Shown piece by piece: positions 12,061 through 25,226 of a DNA stretch of 64,000 nucleotides. Within the stretch, counting starts at the first letter, position 1; every line of letters begins with the position of its first letter. This DNA is from Eledone cirrhosa (lineage: Eukaryota), in contig OZ024750.1 in the NCBI GenBank assembly GCA_964016885.1, forward strand, positions 18,848,001 to 18,912,000. Direction: 5' to 3'. Under the pieces are notes generated by a model, which saw only the letters and a list, made by a program, of their open reading frames with translations, did not search any database and had not been told where the DNA came from. Made by a program: the position numbers and the translations under genes.

Positions 12061-12543
12061 ATATAAACAACCATCTGGTTGTGGAACCAACCAACCAACC
12101 GGAAATTTATAAATTCCTAAATTTATAAATTTATTATAATAAATTGAAGTGAAAGCAACTGGTGCATGTGTTTCTTATTGGCAACATGACCCTCCCAAAG
12201 TATAACAATATCGGTTTCAACACACGTTTTCAGATAAAGAATCTTGCTAAACAAATTCAGATACGATATATATATATATATATACATATAGATATAAATA
12301 TATATGTATATATATATACACACACACACACATATATGTATATATATATATATATATATAAAACAAACCAGGTGGACCATAATGCACCAGAGAGGAGGAA
12401 AAATTTAAATTTATGAAAGTATTTTCTTACACACACACATATATATACACACACATATATATATATATATATATACACACACATATATATATATAAGATG
12501 GAGTTGGTCAGAGTATCACTTAAAGCTTTCTCTGTTAATGTAT

Positions 12544-12588
<45 letters not shown>

Positions 12589-12647
12589 CTATCTATCTAC
12601 CTAAAGTTTAAGCAAATATTTGCTCCATGGGTTTATATATACTTTTT

Positions 12648-12691
<44 letters not shown>

Positions 12692-14130
12692 TCCTTATCG
12701 AGCCCTCTTCAGATTTTGGTCTTCGTAATCATTATTACTACATATATATACATATCCTGTATATTTTTATGTTTTTATTTATATACATTATAATCCACAA
12801 ATATCACTTCGTTAGTTTGATGAGGAAATCGAATATTACTTATCTGTTTGAAAACAATGAATTATTTACTATCTTGAACTAGTTTTATATAAATTTTACA
12901 CACCTTATTTTTTTATTTTATATATTCTTCCTCATACCCTCACCACTTACACATGCACACAGTGGAATACTTGTCAATAAAGTTTGGTTGTGAGTCAGCA
13001 GTCATGAATTAAGTAACCATATAAAATTACAGGTTGAACACGTAATCAAATAATATAGATGTTTTTTTTTTTATTCTTTTACTTTTATTTTCAGTCGTCG
13101 TTAGACTCGGCCCATGAAGGGATGTTTAGTCAATTATATCGACCCCGATATTGAGGTGTGTATTTTCAGCTGTAATATAATAATAAAAAAAAAAAATTAC
13201 AAGTTCTTAAATTAGCTAATTATTTTTTTTTAGTAACTTAACAGAAATCATTATTGGCGGAAATTTTTGAATACCTTTAAATAAATATATAATAATAGCC
13301 CATATAATGTTTAAATTAATTCATTTTTAAAAGATCAATTAAGCACAACCTCTCAGGTAGCAGAGTCTCTTCTATGTACTTTGACAAACCTTAACCTATA
13401 TAGAGTTATTCCCCCTGAACAGTTCTAAGTCATTTTTAATTGCGTCAGCACGCTTGAAGATTAGGAACAAACTTATATTACACTGACAGACTTAGATTGT
13501 GTTCTAGGAAACAATACGTTTCTTATGTATTTCTACATATGGAATCCAACGTGTTTTCCAAATTTCTCTGTGACCCATCAATTCTTTTGCCCTAAAACAA
13601 AACAGCCTATTATCAAAGCTGATACCGATTTATTAGCAAACTGGCTGATATGGCCAATATCAATATCTGCTGATTAATCAGTGCCACCCTAATATCTATG
13701 ACTGAATTGTCTGAAGTTTCCTTTCCACTCTTTTTTCTCAAATGGTAGTGATTTGTAGTAATTTGCCTGCTATTTCTAGCAGGTTGAGAAACCACCTAAT
13801 CACTAATTATAGTTTTTGCATGAATAATAGTGAAATAAATTAAACATTAATTAGTGTTAGACACTCAATGAAAGGGATGGAACACACCAATAGTTGTGCT
13901 TAACAATATAAGCATATATAGTATTTCTCTCTCTCTTTCTCTATATATATATATAATTCAATATATTAATAAACGGATATATATATATATGTAGATAAAT
14001 CTACCAAGAGTTTACGGTAGTGTCCAATCCGTATGAAAACACATATATATCCTAGAAACGATCGTTAAATAATGAACTTTTTTTGTTTAATATAAGGAAC
14101 TGTTTCATTGTTTTATTCATTATTTTTTTA

Positions 14131-14240
<110 letters not shown>

Positions 14241-14282
14241 TATGTAACATTCTCTCATTATTTTAATTTATATTCCTTTGAA

Positions 14283-14402
14283 GTTCCGATGAACCGCTCT
14301 GTATTTTAAATATGTTAATTATTTTCAACTGAACCAGATCAATTATGATATATAGTCATCTGATCCAGAAATATTATATGGAGTAGCGAAACAATTGTAA
14401 AC
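14283..14402 (+). ncRNA. Degenerate type I hammerhead ribozyme with enlarged stem II
   Basis: GTT-CCGATGA (14286-92; U4>C) ... GCTCTGTAT/ATATGGAGT stem ... GAAA-CAATTG-TA-AAC (14388-14402). Palindromic stem III/loop; next to (TA)n. Confidence 0.5.
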
Positions 14403-14565
14403 GGACATTATTATTATTATTATTCTCTACATTCCTTACATCAAACTAAAATATGTTGACAATCTTTTAATAATGTCTTCCTTGTGAAATTTGTGGTCTT
14501 GTTTTGCTTAAATATATATATATATATATATTGGCGCGTCACCAATCAATAAACGTATTGTATTC

Positions 14566-14970
14566 GGTGGATTGGCAGTATCGGCAGAGGATCGAACGAC
14601 ATGCTTTGCAGCATAGAGTTACGGCCCTTTATGATCTGAGTTCAAATCCCGCCGAGGTTAACTTTTCCTTTCTTCCTTACGGGGTCGATAAAATAAAGTA
14701 TCAGTCACGCACTGAGGTCGATTTAATCGACTTTTCCCTCCCCTAAATAATTGCTGCCCTTATGCCTATATAAGAAACCATTATTAATTGGCAGCATCGG
14801 TAGAGGGTCGGACGCTATGCTTTGCAGCACAGTTACGTCCCTTTACGGACTGAGTTCAAATCCCGCCGAGGTTAACTTTGCCTTTCATCCTTACGGGGTC
14901 GATAAAATAAAGTACCAGTAATGCACTGGGTAATTGCTGGCCTCGTGCCATAAGTAGAAACAATTATTAT
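14566..14970 (+). mobile_element. Tandem dimer of Nin-domain SINEs
   Basis: Monomers start ~14566 and ~14788, each with A box, B box and core. Confidence 0.9.
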
Positions 14971-14984
14971 TAAATATATATACA

Positions 14985-15111
14985 CAGTAAAATTCTGTTA
15001 TAACGAAATTCATGGTCTATAAATAAAATTCGTTATAACGAGATCGACCCAACACATTGAGCGTGTAGCCGGGGATTAAAAAAAAATTCGTTATAACGGA
15101 ATTATACCTGT
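14985..15111. mobile_element. Short Tc1/pogo-type MITE
   Basis: Inverted ends CAGTAAAATTCTGTTATAACGAA ... TTCGTTATAACGGAATTATACCTG in TA context. Confidence 0.6.
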
Positions 15112-15604
15112 ATATAAAATCACCATGTTATGTCTATTTTCCATGTTTGCATGTCATTAGGTGGTCACGTCTTGCTCATGCAGATTTGTTTTGGCCTTTG
15201 TCTTCGATGGCAGGATGCACTTCCTAACACTAACCACGTTACAGTCTGTACAAGGTGATTTTGTCTTGACACCACCATTACCACTTTACAAGGTAAACTG
15301 GGTACTTCTTGTGACACTAGCACTACCATCGTACAGGGTGGACTGGGTGCTTTTTGTCATGGCACCAGCACTATGGGGGTTGTTAAGCATGTCTGGAGGC
15401 CTTTTATAGCTTGTGTATCCATAATTTATAGTTGGAAAAGAAAGAAAAATATTATTTCATGTCGAAAAAATATTTTTTCTTTGATTAACAAGGTTCCCAT
15501 ATGTTTATTGTATATAAACAAAATGTATTAGTATATACTTTCATATACACCCCTATATATATATATGATGAAGATGATTGTATATATATATATATACCAT
15601 ATAT

Positions 15605-15656
15605 TACTTCTACATGACAAGGACTGTTTCATTCAGTTGAAATCATCAGGAAAGTA
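15605..15656 (-). ncRNA. Type I hammerhead ribozyme, family C
   Basis: Minus strand TACTTTC-CTGATGA-tTTCA ac TGAAt-GAAA-CAgtccttgtcaTG-TA-GAAGTA: intact core, GUA site. Followed on + by a tail with GTATTGAGTACC (to ~15746); flanked by TA runs. Confidence 0.75.
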
Positions 15657-15756
15657 GTCATCTGAAATAAATTAAGTACCCTCTCTGCTTCATGTATTGA
15701 GTACCTTACTTAACTGTGGTTTCTCAAACAAAAACCATTATGTCTCTATATATAAA

Positions 15757-15946
15757 GGGTGGTGAATTGGCAGTTTCGGTAGAGGGTTGGACGCAATGCT
15801 TTCTAGCATAATTACGTCCCTTTACAGTCTGAGTTCAAATCGCGCCGAGGTTGACTTTGCCTTTCATCCTTACGGGGTCGATAATATAAAGTACCAGTAA
15901 TGTACTGGATAATTGCTGGCCTTGTGCCTAAAGTAGAAACAATTAT
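15757..15946 (+). mobile_element. Nin-domain SINE
   Basis: Full family consensus. Confidence 0.9.
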
Positions 15947-16243
15947 TTCTCTATATATTTCTGTGTCCTTACGTTTTGAGATATGTAACTAGTTCGTTCA
16001 CGTGTGTTTATATATATGTTGGTGGGTTTGTGTGTTACCAGGATTCGTTTCAACAAATGATGAAGATATGACGTTGGCCAATTAGGATATAATCAATTAA
16101 AAAATAAAATAAATATATATTTGAAAAAAAAAGGTCACAGTAATTACAGTAGCTGCTAATTAAACACATTTTAAATACGAAATTTATCCTAAAAAATAAA
16201 GGACAAAAGCATTCAAATAAATAGATTGATGTTTGTATTTAAT

Positions 16244-16951
16244 TTAATAACAGATATATATCTCATTGCATGAGTGTATAAGTGTTCGACATAATATACA
16301 CGTATGGTTGTTAACATTCATCACAGTCGTAGCACATTTTAAACAGAGGCAGACGTGTCCACAAGGAAGGAACAGAGCACTTCGGTCATTTTCATAACAT
16401 AACACGCACTTTGCAGACACGGTATCTCGTTTGTAATTAGCAGCAGCATTTTGGTATTGTGGTGTGTTGTTGTTATTATTGTTATATCTATTACCATTGT
16501 TCCGGATTATCTGGTGTCGGTTTGAACGATTTGCAGGAATAACAGTAGGAGACGATGACCCGCCAAAAAATTTCTCTACGGCCGAGCACATCCAAGAAAG
16601 TATCAAATATATAGGCAATGAATAAAGGATTTTTTGTAGTGTGATCCATTTATAAAAACACGTTAGAAACACGGAAACAGACGTAACGACATAGTCACAT
16701 ATAAAGATTAAATAACCGATGAAGCTAACAGGCAGGAAATGACCACAACCTAGAGTGTCGACGACTCTGAGAAAATCTTGATAATGGTCCTGAAATAATT
16801 CCACAAATATCTGCTGGACTATTGCGTATATCGGTTTAAAAGTTAGTCTCCATATATGATAGATATCTTCACTGAATGTGATGGCGAAATAAAAAGCATA
16901 TCCAATGACTAACAAATGAATCAAGTTACCAATTAGTCTCGCAAATCCCAT
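16244..16951 (-). CDS. RNF26-like transmembrane RING E3 ubiquitin ligase (235 aa, single coding exon)
   Basis: ATG at 16951 in AAAATGG context. Several hydrophobic segments, an Asn-rich linker, and a C-terminal RING CVLC-x11-CGHVCLCLKC-x11-CILC followed by a short hydrophobic tail (IAP/RNF26-type RING). The TTG start in the ORF track is probably not real. Confidence 0.85.
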   Translation of the reverse strand: MGFARLIGNLIHLLVIGYAFYFAITFSEDIYHIWRLTFKPIYAIVQQIFVELFQDHYQDFLRVVDTLGCGHFLPVSFIGYLIFICDYVVTSVSVFLTCFYKWITLQKILYSLPIYLILSWMCSAVEKFFGGSSSPTVIPANRSNRHQIIRNNGNRYNNNNNNTPQYQNAAANYKRDTVSAKCVLCYENDRSALFLPCGHVCLCLKCATTVMNVNNHTCILCRTLIHSCNEIYICY

Positions 16952-17004
16952 TTTTAAACCATTACCATTCTGTTTCCATAAAGTTTGGTAGTGTCTTGAA
17001 GAAT

Positions 17005-17066
17005 CTTTAGCCAATATTGAAGTGACTATTTCAATTTAGACAAACAAAAACAAGGGAACAACTTAC
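17005..17066 (-). other. Probable short 5'-UTR intron of the RING gene
   Basis: Minus strand CG|GTAAGT donor at 17066. Candidate acceptors are CTAAAG (~17005) or AACAG (~16970). Confidence 0.45.
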
Positions 17067-17458
17067 CGAAGTTGTTTGTAAAATGAAAACACGTTTTGAA
17101 TCGTCATTCTCCGAAACGAAAAATACGTTTTCACACATTAAATAAATAAAACTGCATTATGAAGAGGAAGATTTTGTGAAATAAACAATAATTATTGTAT
17201 TCTAAATATGTCTAGCTACATGTATACCCATTTCTTTCTATTTTTTTTTTTTAGGACATGTTTTTTTAAACATTTATTATGCGAATTCAAAAGGAAAAGA
17301 AAGTGTGTTTCAAAGACCGGAACGAAAAAATTATAAACAGCGTGTCCTATTTTTTTCGGAACATTTTTTTGTGAGATTTTTTTGAAATGTTCACTTCACT
17401 AAATACGTTAACGCTAACTTAACTATTGTTTTTCGTGCAGATTGCGTCTCTGAGTAAT

Positions 17459-17466
17459 TGACGTCA
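17459..17466. promoter_or_regulatory. Palindromic CRE (TGACGTCA) upstream of the RING gene
   Basis: Exact TGACGTCA ~500 bp upstream of the ATG, in unique CpG-containing sequence. Confidence 0.4.
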
Positions 17467-17997
17467 CTGATTTGAATTTGAATTATTTTTATATATAATC
17501 ATTTAATTTCGGGGGTGGGTTAGGCTTGCTGGGAGTCTCTGGCTGAAAATTTCACCGGGGCCCATAATAAAAATAATATTTGGCCCCCATTAAATATTGT
17601 AAGGCTTCTAGCTACACCTCAATCAGCTCTTCCGCTTTAATTTGCCACATCTTAAGTTATTCCAATGGAAACTTTAACAATCTGTCATTTCACATTACCA
17701 TCACCATTATCGATTTTACATCCACTTTATCATGCTGGTATAGGTTAGACGAGATATTTTTGATGATGAATGCCCCTCCTCATGCCAACTCTTGCTTTTT
17801 TTAAAGGTAATTTAATCCACAGATCCTTACACGTCGAATCGCTTAGCTGCAGACTATTTTATGAGGGACATAAATAAATGACACCGGCTTTCGAAGCGGT
17901 GTCAATGAGTAGACACACTCGCAGATAAACATTCTTACAAATGTGCACAGGAGTTTTAACTGTTATTTCTAACAAGTAGATACTATAGAGTAGTATT

Positions 17998-18622
17998 GGT
18001 GGATTGGCAGTATCGGTAGAGAGTCGGACACCATGCTTTGCAGCATAGAGTTACTGTCCTTTGTGGTCTGAGTTCAAATCCCGCCGAGGTTAACTTTGCC
18101 TTTCATCCTTACGGGGTCGATAAAATAAAGTACCAGTAATGCACTGGTTAATTTCTGGCCTCGTACCAAAAGTAGAAACAATCATTACTGTGAATTCCTT
18201 ACAGTCTGAATTCAAATTCTAGTTGCTTATGTTCCGAGTTAAATCCTTCCGAAGTCAACTTTGCCTTTCATCCTGCCAAAATCAGAATATCAGACAAAAA
18301 TGCCTGTGGTATTTGTTCTGGTTCTTTGCATTGAGTTCAGATCCCGTCATGGTCAACTTTGCCTTACATCTTTCCAGATATCGATAAAGTAGCAATCAAT
18401 TACTGGGGTTCGGCATAACAAATGCGATTGTGCCTAATTTAGAAACAATTATACATCCGGGATTGGCAGTATCGGTAGAAGGTCGGACGCCATGCTTTGC
18501 AGCATAGAGTGAGTTAAAATCCCACCGAGATTCACTTTGCCTTTCATCCTTACGGGATAAAATAAAGTACCAGTAATGTATTAGGATTGCTGGCCTGGTG
18601 CCAAAAGTAGAAAAAATTATTA
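17998..18622 (+). mobile_element. Chain of Nin-domain SINEs and fragments
   Basis: Full copies at 17998-18188 and 18461-18622 (TSD ATTATACATCCGG, 18448-18460 / 18619-18631), with degenerate cores between. Confidence 0.85.
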
Positions 18623-18734
18623 TACATCCGGTTGACTTTAAAAACATTTGGTAAATGTAAAATGTAGTCGTCCCAATGTAAATGACTATAACAATAGTCG
18701 ATCACTATAAATTTTCGAGCGCTACTGGTAATGT

Positions 18735-19230
18735 GTAACCCAGTACAACTTATCACATGGTCGGTTCGTCGGTGACTAAACTGGCAACCTCACCAATCTC
18801 GCTTGGTGGAGAGGGTGACTTTTGGACACCTTGCGGACTGAAAAACAAAACCTGTCAAAGGATGGAGGAATTTAGAAGAGTCAACAGCCATGTAATAGCC
18901 GTGTCAAAAAAAAAAAACGTTGACAGAGTTCGTTTCCCTTGGTTGGCAGTGAAAAAAGGATCATTCTGGTTTCAAAACTGGGGTAGATGGGATTCCTTAG
19001 TCACTTCAGTAAAAACCCTTCAAGTGGCAAACGGCTTCTTCTTTGTGATAAAGGCGGATGAGCTGCAGATCGGTATCCAGCTTAAAAGTAATAGTCGGAC
19101 GAGGATTCAGGACACACCTACATCACTTTTTTTGAAAATGAGAATTACAGACATACAGCATAGATTAGCATTGGGGTTGTTATCCATGGTCCCCGACCCT
19201 CAGCAATGAGACCAACACTAGTCAAATAAA
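18735..19230 (+). mobile_element. Degenerate LINE-like repeat (5' region)
   Basis: Homology to 11838-11960; no intact domain recognised. Confidence 0.45.
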
Positions 19231-20559
19231 TTGGTGTGTGGTCAAGAAGTTCACTTTGCAATCTCAGTTTTCAGTTGTCTCACTGCATATCATTTTGGGT
19301 AGTTGTCTTCTACTACAGGCTCGAGCTGACCAGTGCCTTGTGAGTGAAATTGGGTAGATGGGAACTGCAGAAGATCATATTCCCCCCCCCCCTCTCTCTC
19401 TCTCTGTAGGGTTGACATCAGGAAGGGCATCTGGTTGTAGACTACTGCTTCAAAGAGTCTCATCCAACCCATATGCCAACATGGAAAAGTGAACGTAAAA
19501 ACAATGATGATGCTGCTTGTGTTGATGATAATGGTGATGATGATGATGATGCTTATGATGACAACGATAACAATGACTACTCTCATTAAAAAATATATGA
19601 CCTTGTACTATTCTAAGAAATCATTATTCTATAAACTATATAGTTGACCACATCTTGTTTCAGTACATTTTTTTCTCATACACATATACTCACACAAGTA
19701 CATAAACACGTGCACAAGCATTTTTACTCAAGTACACACATACAAAGACACATATTTATATATAAATGTACAAAAACACACACATACACAATATGATTTA
19801 ATTCTGTGAATGTCTTATCTAGAAATTCCGTTTAAAACTTTCTAAAGTGTGAGTGAGGGGTATGTAGAATGTGGTTGTGTGGGATGGGATATGTAAGATA
19901 ACGGTTAGAAAAGGAATGATGGTAGGGGACGGGTGGCTGTAAGATAGTGGAAGTAAGATGTGAGGTGGGTGTTTGTAGAGTAGGGGAGGGATGGTGGATG
20001 TGAGAAAGGTGCTTGTAGAGTAGAGGTGTGAATCACTTTGTTGTGTCTAAAATCTATAAATAAGTTCATTTAGTTTATTAAAAAACAAAAGAATTAAGGT
20101 GACATAAAGCAGGATATCAGAGAGCAGGTATGGTTGATGTGTCACGACAAATAGCAGCCAGCCCACACTGTAAAGTGTTTGTGTAATCAACTTTTCTTCC
20201 CAAATTGCTGGTCATGGCCAATGTTACAAATAATTATTAAATTAGTTTTTGGAACATAACTTAAGAAAGGTTTTTTTTTTTATGATGGAAGGTTTTAATT
20301 ATTCTATGAACACTTTGAAATAAACAGTTTTGTATCATAAAGTCATGGGTGGTTTCAGGATGAAATGAGTTAAAGTATGTGCTGATTGTGACTTATGCAT
20401 TGTTGAAAGAGATAAAATTGTAATGTTTTCATTCAAGGATATATTTTGAGGTTTCAATTCATGGGATATGTGCATGACTGGCTTGTGATATCTAGGTTAC
20501 TGTGACCAGAAATATGTTTTGTTAGAAGTGGCAATAAGTAAGTCAAAGATCTTAAGCAG

Positions 20560-21040
20560 GAAGATATATATAGAGATAACCTAATTTAGTAACCTAATAA
20601 GCAGAATAAGAATAGGATGGAAAAAGTTCAGGGAGCTATTTGATTTTCTTGACAACAAAGAGAATCTCTTTCTGAACGAAGGTTAAATTGTGTGTAGATA
20701 TCTAAAGCCATGTTGCATGGGTTTGATTGCAGAGGATATGTGATGTCAGGGGGAAAATAAATCAAATATGCTCCATAGGATGTGTAATATTTGTGTGCAT
20801 GAACGACGAAGCCCAGATGAGTTGAAAGAAAAGCAAGGCATAAGATGAATCAAACGTAGATGTAGGGGAAAAGGTTGTGCTGGTACGGACATATAATACA
20901 TTTAGTTAGATGTTGATAGTTGGATGAAGAAGTGTCAAGACTTCCATATGGAAGGATGTTTTTGATGAGGAAGACCAAAGAAAACTTGAGTAGAGGTGCA
21001 GAAACAAGCAGAGAGATAAAAAGTGCCAGGAGTTTCAGAT
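20560..21040 (+). mobile_element. RTE-clade LINE remnant (post-RT region)
   Basis: Translation SRIRIGWKKFREL..., R.MC, RLCWYGH, GR...RK...W across frameshifts. Confidence 0.65.
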
Positions 21041-21184
21041 GAAAGGGAAGATGTAGGCAGAAGTGGTGAAAGCTGACCACAGAACGCTGAACTGCACAGA
21101 GGAGATAAAAGGTAGAGACATGTAGAAAGATGGTACACTGGAGAGAATTCATCTAATCCATGCAAACATGTTTTCCTATGTATT

Positions 21185-21452
21185 ATGTGTGTGAGTATAC
21201 AAAAAGATCTGCACACGAATGTATCAGTTGTTAGCTGCCGAGACACTGCATCCTTTAAAACCCTCATGCTTCCCGAAATTTGCCAAAACTACACCTGATG
21301 TCCCCCTTCCATACACATGCACACATGTGTATATCATGACTCATGTACTGTTCATTTTCCTGATGTTTGTACATTACCCTATGTACTATACATACACTTT
21401 TGATGAGTTGTAGTGCACCTGAGCACTGTACACAATATTTTCATTATTATTA
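21185..21452 (+). mobile_element. CR1/L2-like LINE 3' end
   Basis: VVSCRDTASFK-like end, then a 3'UTR ending TGATGAGTTGTAGTGCACCTGAGCACTGTACACAAT.ATTTCATTATTA. The same terminus recurs at ~9770, 24594, 26230 and 51040 (-). Confidence 0.6.
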
Positions 21453-21964
21453 AAACAATGACAATGGTGATGATAATAATGACGATAATGGTGATGGTAA
21501 TGATGATGATGATGATAGCTAGAGTTCATAGCATATGGGTCAGAGAAGGCTTATCAGTGCATACCACTAGGAAATTGTTTGATAAGAAACTTGTTAAGTT
21601 GAGTAAGGAAGGAAGATTACTAAAGGTAACAAAGGTAGTGATTGTTTATGATTATCATTATCACCTTTGAAGTGTCAGAGATGACAGTAGATGGATGGGT
21701 CAAACAGTTTGCTGTTCCTGGAGATTTCTTTTAAATAAGATAGGGCTGGGGAGCTTGTTAGTTATGTCAATGATTTGACAACCTCTCAAGTATTGAAGAC
21801 ATAACACCCAATTATCATCACAATTTAATGTCAATTTTCCTTGAAGTTAGTGGATGGCGACTGATATATTGTGGGATGTGCCTGGCTTCCCTCCATGGCC
21901 TAAAAGGAGGCATTTATATGGATGAGCTCTACATCTCCATTGCACTCAGCATGGGAGCTGATGT

Positions 21965-22465
21965 CTGTGGGGTTTGAGATGTCGCTGTGGTAGGTTCTTC
22001 AACTCCACAGGCCTCCATGGATTGTCTTGCCGCCTGAATGTTGGACGCTTCGCCCGCCACACTAAACTAGACCTAATCATCAAGCAGGCCCTAGCTCGGG
22101 TAAATATCTGCTCAGTTCTGGAGTTAGCAGGATTATCCAGAATTGGGAAGAGACCAGATGGTCTTACCATGTGTCATCTGGGACGCCACAATCAGTGACT
22201 CTTTTGCTCCCTACCACATCATGGATGTCGCGATAAATGTGAGGGTCACTGTATCTGTAGCTGAAAGGAGTAAAGTCCTTAAATACTGGCAACTATTTTC
22301 TTCCAGCCTGTGGCGTTTGAGACATTTAGTGAAGTTGGGCCACTGACTGTGAAGTTAGTGTCATCGTTGGCAGCTTGCCTTACCGAGGTGTCGGGTGATG
22401 CCCATGAGGGTGCCTGGTTGTTTCAACGCCTTGGCCTCACCACCACAAGAGGTAATTCTGTGAAA
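21965..22465 (+). mobile_element. CRE-clade non-LTR retrotransposon remnant: zinc knuckle plus restriction-like endonuclease
   Basis: Across frameshifts: CRCG.....G.HGLSC....GR..RH..L..II..AL ... GL.R.GKRPDGLT ... WDAT..D..A ... AE..K..KY ... ET....G ... SGD..EG.WLFQRL.....RGN. Confidence 0.85.
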
Positions 22466-25226
22466 CGTGTTGGCTTGCCTAAAAAATTTCCACCGCCCCT
22501 TGTAGTGTGTTCACTTGGTGGTGAACTTTTTTATTTCAATTAGATTCAGTTTTCTCATTACTAGTTTTAATCAATGTATAATTAATTAAATTTACGATGG
22601 TATATGTTTACTGGTACTTAATTAGCATAGCAGTTTAAATGAACAAAACAAAAAGAATGTTAGTTATTATAACTAAATAAAATGAGGAAAATGGAAATTT
22701 TAAACAAGCTCAGAAAATAGGTATCCTATTTCGTTTGCCTAAATTTTGAAAATGATGAAATCGAAGTGTAGTTAAATATTGACTAATTAATTTTCATGAA
22801 AAATAGTTGATGAAATTTTTATTGGGGAATTAATTAAAATAGAAATTAAATTAATTGGCATTAATTAGCATATAGCTTTAAGTGAAAAAAAAAAAACATC
22901 GTTTTTACTAAGTAAAACGGGGAAAATTAAATTTGAAATAAACTCCAAAAGTAGATATTCTTTTTCGTTTCGATTAAATTTTCGAAGCTTGGCTTAAAAT
23001 TGACATATTAAATTCATGAAAAATTAGTAAACTAAAAATTAACTTACATTAGAAAAAAATGTTTAATTAACTTATATATCTATAAAAAAAATAATTTTTT
23101 TAAAAATTCGAATCGTTTGTTTCGTTTTCCGCTAATTCAAATTTTGTACTCAGTAATGGCTACCGTACAATGACGTTTGTTGATAGCAGCTTGTTGATGT
23201 GAATTAAATGAACAATTCATTTATTTCTCATTTTTCCTGTTTACAAATACTTCCAGGTATTTTTTACTTCCTTAATCCTTATTAATGTATATTTTTCAAA
23301 TAACTAATTTTACCTTCTGATGTGTAATAATACATGTAAAAATTTTTTTAAACGAGGACTGAAACTTGATATGTCTTCTGCAATATATACTAAATATTTT
23401 CTTTGAACAAGAAGCAAAGCTGTTGTTTTTGAGTGTTATTATCTGTAAAATAGGTATAATCGATGAGTCGGATTACAGTATATTACTGGTACTTATTTTA
23501 TTGCCCAATATTTCCTTCATCTGCTGTAAATTGTACCCCTGTATGATTTTAACATAAAACCTAAAATGGGCTGTGAAGCGTTAATTAGCCTGGCTATTAT
23601 ATATACCGTATGTGCCAACTACAGCAATTACTTCATCGGCAAGCTAGCTATTCACGGTTTTACTACGTGGTAGCTCGACCTGTTAGAAACAGCAGATAAA
23701 TATACCGCAACCGGCTCTCATTGTCTTTAAAACACATACACACGTCGGATAATGTGAATTTGTGAAATATTTTGAATGCTTTTATCCTCCGTAATGTTTT
23801 TAGTCAGAAGAAGAAGGGGAGGGACACTGTTTGATCCTTTTCAGGGTTTTCAAGACTGGTGGAAGGAAGGGGACAAAGATCGACTCCTTTTAGTATCTCA
23901 TGGACTGACGGGAAGAAGGGAAGCTGTTATCCTAAGTCCAGAGACATGGATTGAATACATGTAATAGAGTGGACTCCGCTAAAGACACACAAGAGCTAAG
24001 TGGTTGTTATTAAACCGAGTGACGGTTGCAATACCAAGGGCTCCTTATATTTAAATTAATTTTCCCCGTAGATCACTTCACTTCCATTACTTCCTTCCCA
24101 GATTGTTATAGTGAGAATAAATAACCGAAAGAATGAAATATTTATACTTAGAGAAGAATGGATATCCAATAGTATGTGTGTAATATGTTTGTAACAAAGT
24201 ACATAAAATTTGAGCTTAGCGCAAGCCCCTCCTCTCCTGCGAACCCCAAGTTAGGAATCGCCGGATTAAATCAACCACCCTTTAAATTATAGGTATAGAC
24301 CCTGTACCGGGATTCAATGCAGATTCTGTCCATCAATGTTTATTGTTAAGGCTTTTCTGGAACTGACATTGCAAGCCATTTCGTCCAATACTCGACACCT
24401 GAACGGATGAATGAGAAAGTTGACATCGGAAGTGAAGAGAAGCAGAACAAATACCGCAAAGTATTCTGTCCTACATTCTAACAACCCCGCCAGTTCGCTA
24501 CCTGTTTTATTTTATTTACACATTTCAGTCTATATGAATAGAATAGACTTGATGAGTTTCCCAGAGACATGTATACCCTTAACATAATTCACGAAGATGA
24601 GTTGTAGTGCACCTGACCACTGTACACAATTATTTTATTATTATAAGAGATTCAGCATGACACAATGTGTAACAAGGCTGGCCTTTTGAATTGCAAGTAC
24701 AATCAATCCGATGGGCCTCCAACACGCTTTCCACCTACCCAGTTTCAAGATCTGGGTCGATTGCCCAAGATGTCATGCAGTGTGGTCGAACCTGGGACCC
24801 TATTATTGTGAAGCAAACTTCTTAATGCTGCATTGAATCATTTTATATATTATTTTATATGATCACTCTGAAATGGAACTAATCTATTTCATTGAGCTCT
24901 TTACTAATATTTTACATGGAGAAATATTCTTGTTATCATTATGTCTAATTAGATATTTTTTTCTGACAGTTTTTTCCCTACAGTATGGTGATTTGTTGAA
25001 CTGCTAAATTGCCAAAAGTATTATAAAAAAGTATACGGTAATAGTTGTCCTACATATTATATATCATCATTATAATTTTACATTTGCTTTCCACACTGAC
25101 ATGTATTGGACTGTCTGTCATGGTCTGAGACCAGATGTGTTAAAATAATCTATCTTGCTAGTTACATTCCATATTTGGCATAGTTTCTAGAGCTAGATGC
25201 TCTTCGTAATGCCAACCATCTAACAA

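Noticed and set aside
16952-17014. N-terminal extension of the RING ORF from a TTG start
   Set aside because: Eukaryotic gene; the region overlaps a probable 5'-UTR intron/exon and a good ATG lies at 16951.
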